Positions 1 through 12,096 of a DNA stretch of 64,000 nucleotides are shown here, in pieces. Position numbers and translations under genes: made by a program. The notes beneath the pieces were generated by a model that did not search any database, was not told the origin of the DNA, and saw nothing but the letters and a program-made list of their open reading frames with translations. Source of the stretch: Wickerhamiella versatilis (lineage: Eukaryota); assembly GCA_030867685.1 (NCBI GenBank), contig JAQOWU010000008.1, positions 1,860,001 to 1,924,000 on the forward strand, read 5' to 3'. Position 1 is the stretch's first letter; the number at the start of each line of letters is the position of its first letter.

Positions 1-795
1 TTCTATAGGGTCGTAGTCGTCCTTAGCAATGTGTATCTCAACCTCATCGTTTCCACCTAATTCTTGGAGCAATTGCTCTCTAAGTTCAGGAAGAAATCCT
101 CGTTCAGTATTTGAATGTCCGCATACTATAGCTGCTACACCAGTCTCTCGAAGATAAAGCATTTCATGGTGCCCAAGTTCGCCCGTGAACCATAGGTCGG
201 CATTGCAACCACGTAGAACTGAACTGCCAGAGCCCGCACATATACCCACAGTTTGTATCTTCTTTTCTTTAATGGGTCGAACTAATTGTACCGTTGAGAG
301 TCCGAGGTGCTTCTTAACCCGGGAGACACACTCTTCAAGCGGCATTTCTTCCTTCAGATAAACCTTCCTACCCATTCCTGAATTTTGATCTAGCACTGAA
401 ACCTTTGAATCTGTGCCAAATGTGCGTGCCAGCCAATCTGTCACACCATGACTTGCCGCATCGACAGCAGTATGTGGTGAGTACACACTAATGCCTTGTG
501 TGATAAGCCTAATTATAGACCTCTGCTGAGGATCTTGTGGTGTTATACTTTTAAGACCTTTGAATATGATTGGGTGATAGGCCAGAATCATATCGACATC
601 TCGCTCTATCGCTTCATCACACACCTTTGTTGAAAGGTCTATGCTTAGAAGTAACCGCAACTTCCGATGCACCTTTTCGGGGCATAAAGAGGCATCAACC
701 AGTAGTCCTGTATTATCCCACGATGAATCTGCAAGTTCTTTTGGGTAAAGAGCCTGTATGGCCCGAGTAAGTCGCTGCACTCGTAGTGTGTTCAT
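1..795 (-). CDS. NIF3: NIF3/YbgI family protein (3' end runs off window edge)
   Basis: Manual translation from ATG at 795: MNTLRVQRLTRAIQALYPKELADSSWDNTGLLV...LAYHPIIFKGLKSIT...VYSPHTAVDA...FTGELGHHE...GHSNTERGFL; open to position 1; missing from the ORF track because no stop is in the window. Confidence 0.93.
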   Translation of the reverse strand, partial: MNTLRVQRLTRAIQALYPKELADSSWDNTGLLVDASLCPEKVHRKLRLLLSIDLSTKVCDEAIERDVDMILAYHPIIFKGLKSITPQDPQQRSIIRLITQGISVYSPHTAVDAASHGVTDWLARTFGTDSKVSVLDQNSGMGRKVYLKEEMPLEECVSRVKKHLGLSTVQLVRPIKEKKIQTVGICAGSGSSVLRGCNADLWFTGELGHHEMLYLRETGVAAIVCGHSNTERGFLPELREQLLQELGGNDEVEIHIAKDDYDPIE

Positions 796-965
796 GACTC
801 AGTCAGAAGCTAAGATTAGGATTTAGTTTAGCCTGATTCAATTAGATTATCAGCGTAAGGATCAGATATGTTTCAAAACACTAGGTTCTAAGGCCTGGTT
901 TAGAGGGTACCTGATATACTTATGAATTCGTTAAGTGAGACGTACTCAATAAAACAATCTTTGTC

Positions 966-1226
966 ATGGTCACTAAGGAGCAGTTTGAGTCGGCGCTAGA
1001 GTCGCGGCTAGACGCATCCATGGTCGATGTAGTAGATACCAGCGGCGGTTGTGGCCAGGCATTTGAAATAACGGTTGTATCCGACCAGTTTTCGGGAAAA
1101 AATCGTCTTGCACGAGCTCGTGCAGTGAATGCAGCCCTACATGACGAGATCGCTGAGGTACACGCATTCTCGCAGAAAACTTATACCAACGACGAATGGA
1201 ATGCTCTTAAAAATCGTAAGGCTTGA
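966..1226 (+). CDS. BOL2: BolA-family protein (Bol2/Fra2-like)
   Basis: DTSGGCGQAFEITVVSDQFSGKNRLAR and IAEVHAFSQKT BolA motifs. Confidence 0.9.
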   Translation: MVTKEQFESALESRLDASMVDVVDTSGGCGQAFEITVVSDQFSGKNRLARARAVNAALHDEIAEVHAFSQKTYTNDEWNALKNRKA

Positions 1227-1356
1227 TTTATTATGACGTTATGTGCCAATGAAATTTACACTCACCTACTGTTGAAATAGAGACTTATTAGTCGTGTGAC
1301 ACTATGTACTTGCTTATCTTCTCTCTTTTTAGGAAATAATAAAAATAAATATAATG

Positions 1357-3492
1357 CTAATCAAAAGCACTTAATCGATCTCGAATACGATCCATTGCCT
1401 CCTGCAACTTCACCAGGACACTTGCACCTATGCGTTGAGTAGAGGGTTCTAATGTTGAAATTTCAGAGCCTATCCAATCATACAGAATCCCAACTTGAGC
1501 TGGAAAACGTTCAAATAGTACGTCAGGGGTACTTTCACAAACACACAATAGAACAATAAACAGAGCTTCTATTACTGCAGGATCGCGTGATGATCGATAG
1601 CCCAGGACTACCTGAACCAGTTCACAAGCCATGTCTTGTTGGTACGCACTGAGACGAGCGTTATGAACAATAAGAGCAAGAGATTTAAGCCACTGTGCGC
1701 CTAACACTGCACCATAACCTTCAAAAGACGGGGCCACAGCAGCTAGTGCATAAAAATACCCAGGGGCAAATTTTCCGAACTCATTACGTTTGGTATTGCT
1801 ACCATTAGCCGTGCTGTTATCTTTTGTCACAATTAGCTGCGTAGCGAACTGAGAGGACAGCCTATCGACGTCACTTATGAAGAGGTTATGCTGTGCGTTA
1901 GGAAGTTGCTTTGACGGACCTTCCTCTATATGGAAGTCACTTAGTTCATATGAAGCGAATACAAACCCACTTAGTATACTAAGTCGTTGTGCTAAGGAAT
2001 AATCACCTTCCACAAGCATTCGAGTAGCTATAGGGGGCGCATCTCGAGGTTCCGCAACAAGTATCGCTGTAATTAACTGCTGGCGTAGTTCAGAAAAATT
2101 TTGAATGTCGAACTTATCCGTGAGGCCTGCAGCAGAGGCAAGAAGTTCTGGTAAGTACTGGTGAACTTCTGTACCAAAGCCTTTTTTTCGTTTTATCAAA
2201 GGAGGCCCTTGGTGTAGAGACAAATAATGTTTTGGATATTCATCACTCTGAAGGTATTCCACCAATGTCTTGATGTAGAGCGGTGAAGGGGTAGATTCGC
2301 CCTCCTCGTCAGTAATATCCTCATCATCGGAATCCTGCTCAACACTGCTATGTACTTCTTTGATTAATTCGGGCGGAATAAAAGCTGGTAAGTCTTCGTT
2401 ACTTTTAAGGTCCATCAGTGCATTCTCGATAGAGCTTACTGGCTGGTCAATCCCCAGGACCCAGTTGTCGAATGTCTGCCCAAAATCCAACTTTCCACCA
2501 CCGACTTTAGCGAATATTTCGGCGACAACCATTCCTAATTCTCTCACATTACTACTGGAAGATTCCATACGTATGCTTACACCGCGTAAAAAATCCTCTG
2601 AAGTCGAGATCTTGAAGGAATTCTCTGTACTGAGACTGCAAGCACAAAGCAATAATAGCTGGGTCAATGAATTCTGAGATGCATAGTGATCCCGGGGTGT
2701 CTCAGCCCATTGCTTCAATAATTGTTTAGTTGTTTCCACTAGCTGTTCTTGTACTCGGAGATAAACCACAACCGCTCTTTGGAAATTAACACTCGTCTTC
2801 AAAGAGATCTCAACAAGATCTGGGATACTGGGGGACAATTCTATCAATATTCTGGCGGTGGCACCGACCGGAGACATAGAGAGAGTGGGAGTCAGCCCAT
2901 AATGAAGTAAATATCGCTGCTGGAAAGAACGCATGCGTGAAAATGCTGCTGCAAGCTTGGGAAAGCGTTCTAAGTTCATGAAAAACCCAACAAAAGTTTT
3001 ACAATCTCCCAATTTAGCAGCTTTGTCGAATAAAAGTGGGTCATTATCATCGATATCCATCATCTGAGTTACAAGCCATAGCGTGTATTTACTTGTATCC
3101 CCAAACCATTCAGGCGAGCCAGAAGAGAGGATTTTGGAGCCCCAAAAGAGTTGTATGGCGCTTATCCTGTCCTTGTTCAACAATGTTTTTACCAACTTCG
3201 GCTGACGCAATACACAATCCAGGAGCCTCAAAATAGGCTCACTAGCCTCAGTACTTTTCAGAATTTCGCGCAGTCTACTGGTAAGTACAGATAGTCCAGC
3301 AGGTGTGCTGAATGTTGGAACAAATATGTCTACTTTCGGGGACAGTGCCACAACGGTGTGTTGCAGCAGCACAACAAGGACAGGTAGGGCTTTGGAGCTG
3401 GGAGAATCCAATCCAATATCATTAAGCTCGTTTAATACTGATCGGACATCATTTAGAGTCGGTTCACCCTTCAAGCGGGCTGCCAACTCCAT
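1357..3492 (-). CDS. TEL2: Telomere length regulation / TTT complex protein Tel2
   Basis: FLRGVSIRMESSSSNVRELGMVVAE, acidic DSDDED CK2 motif, PLYIKTLVEYL, GDYSLAQRLSIL. Confidence 0.88.
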   Translation of the reverse strand: MELAARLKGEPTLNDVRSVLNELNDIGLDSPSSKALPVLVVLLQHTVVALSPKVDIFVPTFSTPAGLSVLTSRLREILKSTEASEPILRLLDCVLRQPKLVKTLLNKDRISAIQLFWGSKILSSGSPEWFGDTSKYTLWLVTQMMDIDDNDPLLFDKAAKLGDCKTFVGFFMNLERFPKLAAAFSRMRSFQQRYLLHYGLTPTLSMSPVGATARILIELSPSIPDLVEISLKTSVNFQRAVVVYLRVQEQLVETTKQLLKQWAETPRDHYASQNSLTQLLLLCACSLSTENSFKISTSEDFLRGVSIRMESSSSNVRELGMVVAEIFAKVGGGKLDFGQTFDNWVLGIDQPVSSIENALMDLKSNEDLPAFIPPELIKEVHSSVEQDSDDEDITDEEGESTPSPLYIKTLVEYLQSDEYPKHYLSLHQGPPLIKRKKGFGTEVHQYLPELLASAAGLTDKFDIQNFSELRQQLITAILVAEPRDAPPIATRMLVEGDYSLAQRLSILSGFVFASYELSDFHIEEGPSKQLPNAQHNLFISDVDRLSSQFATQLIVTKDNSTANGSNTKRNEFGKFAPGYFYALAAVAPSFEGYGAVLGAQWLKSLALIVHNARLSAYQQDMACELVQVVLGYRSSRDPAVIEALFIVLLCVCESTPDVLFERFPAQVGILYDWIGSEISTLEPSTQRIGASVLVKLQEAMDRIRDRLSAFD

Positions 3493-3541
3493 AGACTGAG
3501 CGGATCCTTACGTCAGGGTTGTTGGTGCGACCTTTTTCTAG

Positions 3542-4288
3542 ATGCGTGTGTCTTGTCAATGCTTTGCGTCTAAGACAATGGGAATGGGTGGTGCCAAGAT
3601 GCTTGAGATCGGGAGGAAATGTCTCGACTCTAGGAATTTTGCCTGGGTGTGTGTTGACATTGAATGGTGGGAGCGAAATCCCAGGAAGATCACAGAAATC
3701 GGAATATCTATTTTAACAAGTGATCCTTTCAGACCAACTTTTGTCCCTGCCATGCAATCGTTTCACTTACTCCCCGACCCAGCATATAAAAAACTTAATG
3801 GCAGATATGTACCGAATCATCGTGATTATTTTGCATTCGGGACTTCTCGTGTCATGCCGCTCAAGGAATGTAAAAAATTCATGGAAGCTGTCTTCAATTT
3901 ATTTGCAAAAAGTCAAAGACAGCTGTTTCTTGTAGGTCACAATCTGCACAATGATATACGTCAATTACAAAATATTGGTATTGACGTTAATGCTTTACCA
4001 CCAGTTCTTGACACAATGGAAATTGGCTTGCATCTTTGGGGTCGTCCCATTGCACTCGGCGATATTTGTCGTCACATGCAGGTAGATGCAGGGCTTTTAC
4101 ACAATGCGGGAAACGATGCCCACGCAACAATGCTATTGCTTGCACAGCTTTGCGATAGAAATTTTAATATTCCTGAAGGCTCACCTGAAAAGGTTTCCAA
4201 TGATAAAGTTGAAAGAAAGTTATCACAAAAGGCGGGGTACCGCAGAAGGGAATCGGCAGAGAGTCTGGCCGATACCCTACAATGTTAA
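3542..4288 (+). CDS. DEDDh-type 3'-5' exonuclease-fold protein (Gfd2/YDR514C-like)
   Basis: CVDIEWWE...ITEIGISI, LVGHNLHND, LDT, LHNAGNDA motifs; true start could be a later Met (3578). Confidence 0.8.
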   Translation: MRVSCQCFASKTMGMGGAKMLEIGRKCLDSRNFAWVCVDIEWWERNPRKITEIGISILTSDPFRPTFVPAMQSFHLLPDPAYKKLNGRYVPNHRDYFAFGTSRVMPLKECKKFMEAVFNLFAKSQRQLFLVGHNLHNDIRQLQNIGIDVNALPPVLDTMEIGLHLWGRPIALGDICRHMQVDAGLLHNAGNDAHATMLLLAQLCDRNFNIPEGSPEKVSNDKVERKLSQKAGYRRRESAESLADTLQC

Positions 4289-4498
4289 TAAATAGCTGTA
4301 AAAAATGCTAAATTTACGAATTTAATACTCTAACGAGGCTTCAACGATTATCTGGGGTATAATGCAATAATTAGTAATACTAGGTGTTAGGGCTATTGGT
4401 AATACACTCATGGTAACCCAATCACTAGTGGGCCGCGGATAGACTTGTCAGGTTGGCAGCCTTTAAACTACTACCCTATCCTTTTTTGATAAGTTGAA

Positions 4499-5422
4499 AT
4501 GGGAGGCTCCGTTGAGAAAAAGTCTGAATACTTTAGCAAATTGCGTCAGCTGCTCGGTGAGCACAAGAGCTTGTTCTTGGTCGGCGTTGACAATGTCAGC
4601 TCGCAGCAGTTGCACGAGGTCCGTAAAGCACTTCGTGGACGTGCTACCATTCTTATGGGTAAGAACACCATGGTCCGTCGTGCCTTCAAGTCTTTCATTG
4701 CTGATATGCCAGACCTTGAGCGCCTTCTGCCTTGCATCCACGGAAACTTGGGTTTCGTTTTCACTAACGAGGACCTGAAGGATATTCGTGAGGTGCTTCT
4801 GTCTAACCGTGTTCTTGCCCCAGCTCGTGCTGGTGCTATTGCTCCCAGGAGTGTCACCGTTCCTGCTGGTAACACTGGTATGGAGCCTGGTAAGACCAGT
4901 TTCTTCCAGGCCCTTGGTGTCCCCACCAAGATTACCCGTGGTACCATCGAAATCGTAAGCGATGTCGAGGTAGTGACCGAGGGTGCCAGGGTTGGCCCTT
5001 CAGAGGCCACCCTGCTGAATATGCTGAACATCTCTCCTTTCACCTACGGTCTGTCTGTTGAGCAGGTCTACGATGATGGTCAGGTGTTTGCTTCCAGCAT
5101 CCTTGATGTTACTGACGAAGAACTGTTGTCCCAGTTCTCCAGCGCTGTCCGCAACGTCGCCCAGGTCTCTTTGGCTACCGAGATCCCCACCCTTCCTGCG
5201 GTCTCCCACTGGCTCATCAACAACTACAAGGACTTGTTGTCTGTGTCTTTGGCTACCGACTACACCTACGAGGGCTCTGAGGGTATCAAGGACCGTCTTG
5301 CCAACCCTGAGGCTTATGCTGCTCCTGCTGCCGCTGCTCCTGCTGCTGCTGAGGCTGCTCCCGCTGCCCAGGAGGAAGAGGAGGAGTCCGATGAAGACAT
5401 GGGAATGGGTCTCTTCGACTAA
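4499..5422 (+). CDS. RPP0: 60S acidic ribosomal protein P0 (uL10)
   Basis: [27 protein letters not shown], Ala-rich hinge and [15 protein letters not shown]-terminus; strong codon bias. Confidence 0.99.
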   Translation: MGGSVEKKSEYFSKLRQLLGEHKSLFLVGVDNVSSQQLHEVRKALRGRATILMGKNTMVRRAFKSFIADMPDLERLLPCIHGNLGFVFTNEDLKDIREVLLSNRVLAPARAGAIAPRSVTVPAGNTGMEPGKTSFFQALGVPTKITRGTIEIVSDVEVVTEGARVGPSEATLLNMLNISPFTYGLSVEQVYDDGQVFASSILDVTDEELLSQFSSAVRNVAQVSLATEIPTLPAVSHWLINNYKDLLSVSLATDYTYEGSEGIKDRLANPEAYAAPAAAAPAAAEAAPAAQEEEEESDEDMGMGLFD

Positions 5423-5595
5423 TCTTAGAACTATATAAAGTTGGTAAGTCTATGATAATCTCTATCATCATCACACACACACTTGTCGTAACTCCGAAAG
5501 CTACTTTTCATTACGGATGTCTAATAGGTAGTGGTCACATTATAAAAGCTTGCCTATAGGAAAGGATACATGAACGTTTAGATAGATATCTTAAA

Positions 5596-8500
5596 TCATT
5601 TGGCTTCATTTACGTCAAAATTGGAATTCTTGCCCTCAGGCGTGGCACGGTGTCCTTGTACCTTAGATAGGTTTGGTAGGTCCATAGCTGTGTTATTCGC
5701 GGCCTGAGCGGTTGCTGAAGAATCAGCATAATGATTGCCACTCATGACCTCCGTGGTAATAACTGCACCTTTCACATTGGTTGCTGATGGGCCCAATGCG
5801 AGACTTCGTAACTGAGTCACTGCAAATACACACTTATTGATCACCTGCAGGAGAAGTGCAGGCTTCAGAGGCTTTGACAAATACTCATCCATTTGAGCCT
5901 GCATACATCTCTCACGGTCTCCCAGCATTGCATGTGCTGTGAGTGCTACAATAGGGGTTCGCGTACGCGTACCAAAGTTCTGCTTTTCCCAGTCTCTGAT
6001 ACAAGCAGTTGCTTCGAAGCCTCCCATTTCAGGCATCTGAACATCCATAAGAACAACATCATAACGCTTTCGTTTAACAGCTTCGAAAGCCTCGCGGCCA
6101 TTCTCAACCACCTCAACCTTGTGTTTGTAGTTCTCAAGAATACGAACGGCCAACTGTTGATTGACAATGTTGTCCTCTGCGAGCAGAATATTATATTGCT
6201 GCATACCTTCCTGATTAGCTGGTGCAGCACGAGACTCTAGGGCGCTGCGCATTGTTGTAGCTAGGTCGTGAACAGGACACGGTGTATTACCATACGAGGA
6301 TATACCTAGGTCAAGGCACAACTTGAGATTCACTCGTGGTATACATGGATTTAACAACACCAGGGGAATATACTTCAGATATTGCAGAGATCTGACATCC
6401 GACGCAACTTCCAAAGTATCTACTACAATAGTATCAAATTTGGGTGAGTTTTCTCTATCTTTCAGGGGACTGTTCTCAAGACCTTGCACTATGGTACAAT
6501 CTAGCAAGAGCTCCTTCATACCATGCCTAATATCCTCAACAATCTCTGGACTATGCTCAGTGTTGATAAATAGAACCCTATGGCCCTTGAATGGGCGAAG
6601 GCTTTCTAGAAGAGGGCCCCACGGCGGTGTCGTGGGTTTCAGTGCAAGAGTAAAGTAGAATTGTGATCCCATTCCATAAGAGCTTCTTACCCATATATCA
6701 CCGCCCATTAAGTTTATCAATCGCTTTGAAATTGACAATCCAAGTCCAGTACCACCAAATTTACGGGTGGTAGAACCATCTGCCTGACAAAATGTATCGA
6801 AAATCACGTCCAGCTTGTCAGACTTAATACCAATACCCGTATCACTGACGCAGAATTCAATCATCATGTCACCAACAACGTTACTAGGAGGATTTGCTTT
6901 CCGCACAGTCAATGCTACCTCACCCTTTTCTGTGAATTTGATCGCATTACCCAGAAGATTAAGAATAACTTGCCTTAGACGGAAGCTGTCACCGACAAGA
7001 GAATCAGGGAACGTATTATCAACATTGTAAAGGAGAACAAGCGGCTTCTCATTAGCCTTGACTACAAGTGTTTTGAGCGCACCGAAGACAGTTCCTCTTA
7101 ACGAGAAAGCTATCTTTTCTATAGTCATTCGATTCGCTTCAATCTTGGAAATGTCCAGTATATCATCTATAATATTCAGCAAAGAATTCGCAAGATTGTG
7201 AACTATTGAAAGCATCTCGCGCTGATATTGGGTCAACTCGGTGTCCAATGTTAACTGTGTCATACCTATGATACCATTCATCGGAGTACGAATTTCGTGA
7301 GACATATTTGCGAGAAACTCGGACTTAGTTCTATTCGCAAGCTCTGCTGCTTCACGAGCTGCTGTATTACGCTGGATCGATTCACGCAAGTTAAGAACCA
7401 TTTGGTTGATCTTAGTCTTCAATGCATTAATTTCACCTGATGCCTCAACTGTAATGAAACGAGCGAAATCACCCTCTGTCGCTGCTGCTGTGATTTGAGC
7501 GAATGCGCGAACCTGTGTTGTGAGATTTGCAGCCATCGTGTTGACATTCGTCGTGATTTCCTTCCACAACCCATCAACATCAGCTACCTGGGCTTGGGTG
7601 TCTAGTTTACCATCGATACCGACATCTTTGGCTACACGGGTTACTTCAGAGGCAAAAAGTTGCAATCTATCAACCATCTTGTTGATTGTGATTTTCAGTT
7701 TGAGGACTTCACCTTGGGCATGAACATCAATTTTTTGACTCAGATCACCTTGTGCAATAGCAGTTGTAACATGTGCAATAGCTCGCACCTGCGTCGTAAG
7801 ATTGGAAGCCATTACGTTTACGTTCTCGGTGATTTCCTTCCATGTACCTTCAACATCCTGTACCTTAGCCTGTCCTCCTAGTCTACCTTCCGTACCCACT
7901 TTTCTTGCCAAAGTGGTAACTTCTGTTGCGAAGCCCTGTAGTTGATCCACCATCTGATTGATGGTACTCTTCAAACTAAACAACTCACCTTTACAATTTG
8001 CCGTCACCTTTTGGCTTAAATCTCCCTTGGCAACTGCTGTCGTTACTTTAGCAATATTCCGTACCTGATCTGTGAGGTTGGAGGCCATAGCATTCACATT
8101 ATCCGTCAACTCCTCCCAAATTCCCGAAACACCGGTTACCCTGGCTTGTCCACCTAGCCTACCCTCAACACCTGTTTCTCGCGAAACGCGCGTTACCTCA
8201 AAGGCAAAAGTTCTTAGTTGGTCAACCATCTGGTTGATAGTCTTCTGCAATCCTAGTATCTCTCCCTGAGCTTGAACATTAATCTTGCGGGATAAATCAC
8301 CTTGAGCAACCGCTCGCGTAACATCTGCAATCTCTCTTACCTGATCTGTTAAATTGGAGGCCATAACATTCACGTTATCCGTAAGATGTCGCCAGACACC
8401 TGTCGTACCTTCACCCTCAGCCTGTCCACCTAACGTGCCGCCAGCGACTTCCGTTGCTACCCTCGTCACCTCTGACGCAAACCTCTGCAACTGGTCCATC

Positions 8501-8985
8501 ATAGTGTTAATAGTGTTCTTAAATTTCACAATATCTGGATCCAGCTCTTGGCTGTGTACTGTGACTTTCTTGCTAAGGTCACCTTGTGCGACGGCAATAA
8601 CAACCTCTCCAATTTCCTGAAGTGCGCGCTGAAATGCCCTGTTAGCATTCTGTGACTTCCGCAGCTCTAACGCTAGCAAATCCTTGTCCATGGGCAGACC
8701 CTGCTCTGTGGAGGCAGTAAGTTGTGTGACCATATTTTGCGCGTCTACAAGACGATGTTCAAGGTCTACTGTGGTATTCAATTGAATTTCAATATCCTTT
8801 TGCTGTCTCTCAACTCTTTTGTATACTTCGGACCAGGCAGCATCCCCACCCCGAGGATTAGCTATGGCCCTTTGCATGCGTTGAATTGACCGGTGAAGCA
8901 CAGGATCTAAATCATCCCCAAAATCATATCGCGGGCTAAGTCCGCTGTCAACGTAGCTGTCTATGCGTTGAGCTAGCGTCGTCAT
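5596..8985 (-). CDS. NIK1: Group III hybrid histidine kinase (poly-HAMP, HisKA, HATPase, receiver), Nik1/Os-1 type
   Basis: Five ~92-aa repeats (xAxGDLS), [17 protein letters not shown]-box, [10 protein letters not shown]2 box, LMDVQMP receiver. Confidence 0.96.
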   Translation of the reverse strand: MTTLAQRIDSYVDSGLSPRYDFGDDLDPVLHRSIQRMQRAIANPRGGDAAWSEVYKRVERQQKDIEIQLNTTVDLEHRLVDAQNMVTQLTASTEQGLPMDKDLLALELRKSQNANRAFQRALQEIGEVVIAVAQGDLSKKVTVHSQELDPDIVKFKNTINTMMDQLQRFASEVTRVATEVAGGTLGGQAEGEGTTGVWRHLTDNVNVMASNLTDQVREIADVTRAVAQGDLSRKINVQAQGEILGLQKTINQMVDQLRTFAFEVTRVSRETGVEGRLGGQARVTGVSGIWEELTDNVNAMASNLTDQVRNIAKVTTAVAKGDLSQKVTANCKGELFSLKSTINQMVDQLQGFATEVTTLARKVGTEGRLGGQAKVQDVEGTWKEITENVNVMASNLTTQVRAIAHVTTAIAQGDLSQKIDVHAQGEVLKLKITINKMVDRLQLFASEVTRVAKDVGIDGKLDTQAQVADVDGLWKEITTNVNTMAANLTTQVRAFAQITAAATEGDFARFITVEASGEINALKTKINQMVLNLRESIQRNTAAREAAELANRTKSEFLANMSHEIRTPMNGIIGMTQLTLDTELTQYQREMLSIVHNLANSLLNIIDDILDISKIEANRMTIEKIAFSLRGTVFGALKTLVVKANEKPLVLLYNVDNTFPDSLVGDSFRLRQVILNLLGNAIKFTEKGEVALTVRKANPPSNVVGDMMIEFCVSDTGIGIKSDKLDVIFDTFCQADGSTTRKFGGTGLGLSISKRLINLMGGDIWVRSSYGMGSQFYFTLALKPTTPPWGPLLESLRPFKGHRVLFINTEHSPEIVEDIRHGMKELLLDCTIVQGLENSPLKDRENSPKFDTIVVDTLEVASDVRSLQYLKYIPLVLLNPCIPRVNLKLCLDLGISSYGNTPCPVHDLATTMRSALESRAAPANQEGMQQYNILLAEDNIVNQQLAVRILENYKHKVEVVENGREAFEAVKRKRYDVVLMDVQMPEMGGFEATACIRDWEKQNFGTRTRTPIVALTAHAMLGDRERCMQAQMDEYLSKPLKPALLLQVINKCVFAVTQLRSLALGPSATNVKGAVITTEVMSGNHYADSSATAQAANNTAMDLPNLSKVQGHRATPEGKNSNFDVNEAK

Positions 8986-9527
8986 GCCGCGACGTCACTA
9001 AATAATAATCAGACGGTTGCTTAGCTGATTGTTGTAGAGAGAGAGAGAGTGGCGACAACACTATTGTTAGAGCCCCCTCCCCTCACATTCTGATAAAGCA
9101 GAGTCAACGTCAAAATGTAATATTCGATTCGAATAAATAAAAAAAGGTGTGTCTAGATAAATACTAGTAGCTGGAAGTGTGTGTGTGGTGTAGGCTATTT
9201 ATAAAATGAGGTGATACCAAATATAACCAACAAAAGTTATTCTAAAAGTAGGAGCAACTCTAACCTAAAAAACTTTCGCTCGTTGGAGTGGTTCATTCTA
9301 TGAGATGTTAAAACGTTCGCTAAAAGTATACCAGGTAAGGGTATCCACTTTCTTGGGTACGGGTTACTACGCCTCTATTTTTGGGATAAGAACAACAGTG
9401 GCATGGCCTTAAGCCAGTTTAAGCCGACTAAACACAAACAAGCATAGGAAAAATTTGAGGAAAGAGGAAGATTTAAATTTGTTATCGTACGTTCACTCAT
9501 ATCTATAATTGGCAGATTTTCTAATTA

Positions 9528-10115
9528 TTATTCTTCTTCCAATAAACTATCATCTCTGACCCACACAGCTAAGTCGCTGAAAGCTGCGTACCAACGACTT
9601 CCAGGAATCTCCGGAATTTTTTTAAACGTTCCATTACTTCTCATTGTCTTAATAGGATTTAGAATCTCTGGACCAGGTGTGGGTCGGGGTTGGAAGTTTG
9701 TTAGGTTGTTACCCACATAATACTCGCAGTTAGGCTGGATTTTAGCAATGAGTGAAAGGGGAGCATGTGGTAGGTACCAGAGCGTCTGCTCCTTGCCCTC
9801 ATACAACTCTACTACCTTTATTCCAAAGCTATTTTGCAAGAGTTCAATATCTCTGGCGGTGAAAACTGGATCCCATGCGGTCACCTCCTTAATTTCAAGC
9901 ATATCAACTAATATAAGAAGCAAGGCCAATTGAAATCGTGGCCCCTGGTTCTCGGTTGGACTACCCAGGGCTAAGCAATGGAGGGAAGATATGGAAACCT
10001 CATCCAAATGTGATATCGATTGACAGAAAGATCTATACCAAGGAGATTCCTCTAATTCTCTTCGAAGTCCTTTGACTCGCTGGGCCACATACTCGAGAGA
10101 ACCTAAATTTGGCAT
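9528..10115 (-). CDS. BER1: SRR1-domain protein (Ber1-like)
   Basis: CLALGSP...RFQLALL, WDPVFT..D, LWYLPHAP, GNNL, AFSDLA; first ATG at 10115 (track start 10121 is GTG). Confidence 0.82.
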   Translation of the reverse strand: MPNLGSLEYVAQRVKGLRRELEESPWYRSFCQSISHLDEVSISSLHCLALGSPTENQGPRFQLALLLILVDMLEIKEVTAWDPVFTARDIELLQNSFGIKVVELYEGKEQTLWYLPHAPLSLIAKIQPNCEYYVGNNLTNFQPRPTPGPEILNPIKTMRSNGTFKKIPEIPGSRWYAAFSDLAVWVRDDSLLEEE

Positions 10116-10169
10116 AGGCACATTTATTAAGTCAGCGGGTTGTTTTCATTTAGCCAAATCGATAAAGCA

Positions 10170-11555
10170 ATGAGTGAACTTCATCAAGACTATGTACGGG
10201 CTAGCCAAGCACAGGTGCTGGATTTCTGGTCCAAATTATCCGATGAGGAGCAAAAACAACTTGATGCGCAGCTAACAATGTTTAATCCTGAGGAGGTAAA
10301 TAAAAACCTCAAACATGCACTCAACACCAAGGAAACACCCTCAGAAATAACCCCTCTTCCTGTCGATCAAACAGCAAGCGTGATAAATTCGCAGCCTGCT
10401 CAAATTGCGGAATGGCGCAATGTTGGTTTGGAGGCCATTAAGAAGGGTAAAGTCGCTGTCCTGCTTCTAGCTGGTGGACAAGGGACGCGTCTCGGCTCTT
10501 CTGCACCTAAGGGATGCTACGATGTGAATCTCCCCAGCAAAAGCTCATTGTTTGAGCTGCAAGCTCGAAGAATTGCCAAAATAGCGCAGCTCGCCCAAGC
10601 TGAGTCTGACGGAATACCTTGGTACATCATGACCTCTGGGCCTACAAAAGCTCCCACCAAGGAATTTTTTGAGAGTCACAAATATTTCGGCCTGGACCCG
10701 AAAAATGTAGTGTTCTTTGAGCAGGGTGTCCTGCCATGCACCACATCAGAGGGCAAGATACTATTGGAGACACCCTCTAAGGTCTCAGTAGCCCCGGACG
10801 GAAATGGCGGTGTTTATAAAGCCCTATCAAGAAGTGGTGCGCTTAAGGATATGCAATCTAGAGGAATCGAACATATCCACATGTATTGTGTGGATAACTC
10901 GTTAGTGAAGGTTGCCGATCCCGTATTTATTGGGTATGCGGCGTCCCACGATTTTGAAATTGCCACGAAGGTGGTTAGAAAGAGGTCCGCTGAAGAACCA
11001 GTTGGTCTTATTGTTGCAAAGGATAACAAGCCTAGTGTTATTGAATACTCAGAAATTTCTCATGAATTGGCCGAGGCGACAGAGCCCGACTCAAATCTAC
11101 TAAAGTTTCGTGCTGCTAATATCGTAAATCATTACTATTCGATGCGATTCCTCTCGAAATCAGAAGAGTTAGCAGGGGCTCTTCCATTCCACGTCGCTCA
11201 TAAAAAGATTCCCTGCGCATCCGAGAGCGGAGAAACAATCAAACCCTCGAAACCAAATGGAATCAAGCTCGAACAGTTTGTTTTTGACGTATTCCCACAA
11301 GTTTCCCTGAAAAAATTCGGCTGCCTGGAGGTTTCCAGGGAGGGTGAGTTTTCGCCGGTGAAAAATGCACCTGGTTCTGCTGAAGACTGCCCGGAAACCG
11401 CCAGAAGCGATGTCATGCGCGAGGGACAACGATGGCTCACAGCAGTGGGAGCTAATTGTCCTAATCCTGTTGAAATTACACCTGCAGTCAGTTATGGTGG
11501 GGAAGGCCTTGAATCTTTCAAAGGTGAAGATATTGGTGTGGTTCTATTAAGCTAA
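10170..11555 (+). CDS. QRI1: UDP-N-acetylglucosamine pyrophosphorylase
   Basis: LLAGGQGTRLGSSAPKG, PDGNGG, KLEQFVFDVF, EFSPVKN; first ATG at 10170. Confidence 0.97.
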   Translation: MSELHQDYVRASQAQVLDFWSKLSDEEQKQLDAQLTMFNPEEVNKNLKHALNTKETPSEITPLPVDQTASVINSQPAQIAEWRNVGLEAIKKGKVAVLLLAGGQGTRLGSSAPKGCYDVNLPSKSSLFELQARRIAKIAQLAQAESDGIPWYIMTSGPTKAPTKEFFESHKYFGLDPKNVVFFEQGVLPCTTSEGKILLETPSKVSVAPDGNGGVYKALSRSGALKDMQSRGIEHIHMYCVDNSLVKVADPVFIGYAASHDFEIATKVVRKRSAEEPVGLIVAKDNKPSVIEYSEISHELAEATEPDSNLLKFRAANIVNHYYSMRFLSKSEELAGALPFHVAHKKIPCASESGETIKPSKPNGIKLEQFVFDVFPQVSLKKFGCLEVSREGEFSPVKNAPGSAEDCPETARSDVMREGQRWLTAVGANCPNPVEITPAVSYGGEGLESFKGEDIGVVLLS

Positions 11556-11773
11556 AACTAGCCACTAAATGATGGCCATATAGGAACATAGAAGACAAAA
11601 AATTCTGTTTTTTTTTCTGAGCTACCCCTTTCATGGACAGAGTTAGAACAGAGTTCGCTCACTGAGACGGGTTTGATAATGCCAGATGGCACCCAGATAC
11701 CCCCCCCCGGAAAAAACCCGGCTTTTTGTGGGAGGCTGTGCATGGAAGATCTTAATCTCTGATATGAAATTTT

Positions 11774-11992
11774 TCATCGCTGGGACTTCATTAGCGACTC
11801 TATATATTCTTGTATAAACTTGTTTTCGGTTTGAAGCCTCAAAGACTTTTGTTTGATATCCTGCACTGAATCCAAAATGAGCCCCAAACGCTCTTGCATC
11901 AATATAGCATGTTTACGGAGTAGATCAGCCTTTATAGGTGGGGAGTTATCCTGATTAGCGTCCTCAGCTGGAGCAGAGGGCGGGCTGCCCAT
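11774..11992 (-). CDS. SLO1: Short coiled-coil protein (SCOC/Slo1-like)
   Basis: C-terminal LQTENKFIQEYIESLM coiled-coil signature. Confidence 0.75.
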   Translation of the reverse strand: MGSPPSAPAEDANQDNSPPIKADLLRKHAILMQERLGLILDSVQDIKQKSLRLQTENKFIQEYIESLMKSQR

Positions 11993-12096
11993 GGAATCCA
12001 GCAGTGTTGTGGTTCTGCGGTCGCTGACTCAGTCTGACAGGTGACGTCAGGAATGAGGCGGAAATGAATTATGACGTAATGTAGGCTGCAAATTAG

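Noticed and set aside
4499-5422. Alternative CUG genetic code
   Set aside because: CTG falls at conserved Leu positions (RPP0 ATLLNMLN; Sth1 GILADEMG)
7370-8640. ~276-bp degenerate repeats as a repeat array or CRISPR
   Set aside because: They are the coding HAMP repeats of Nik1
9036-9049. (AG)7 microsatellite upstream of NIK1
   Set aside because: Too short to be informative
11740-11773. U1 snRNA-like stretch (ATATCAGAG...) on the minus strand
   Set aside because: No ACTTACC 5' end; the upstream sequence is the SLO1 CDS
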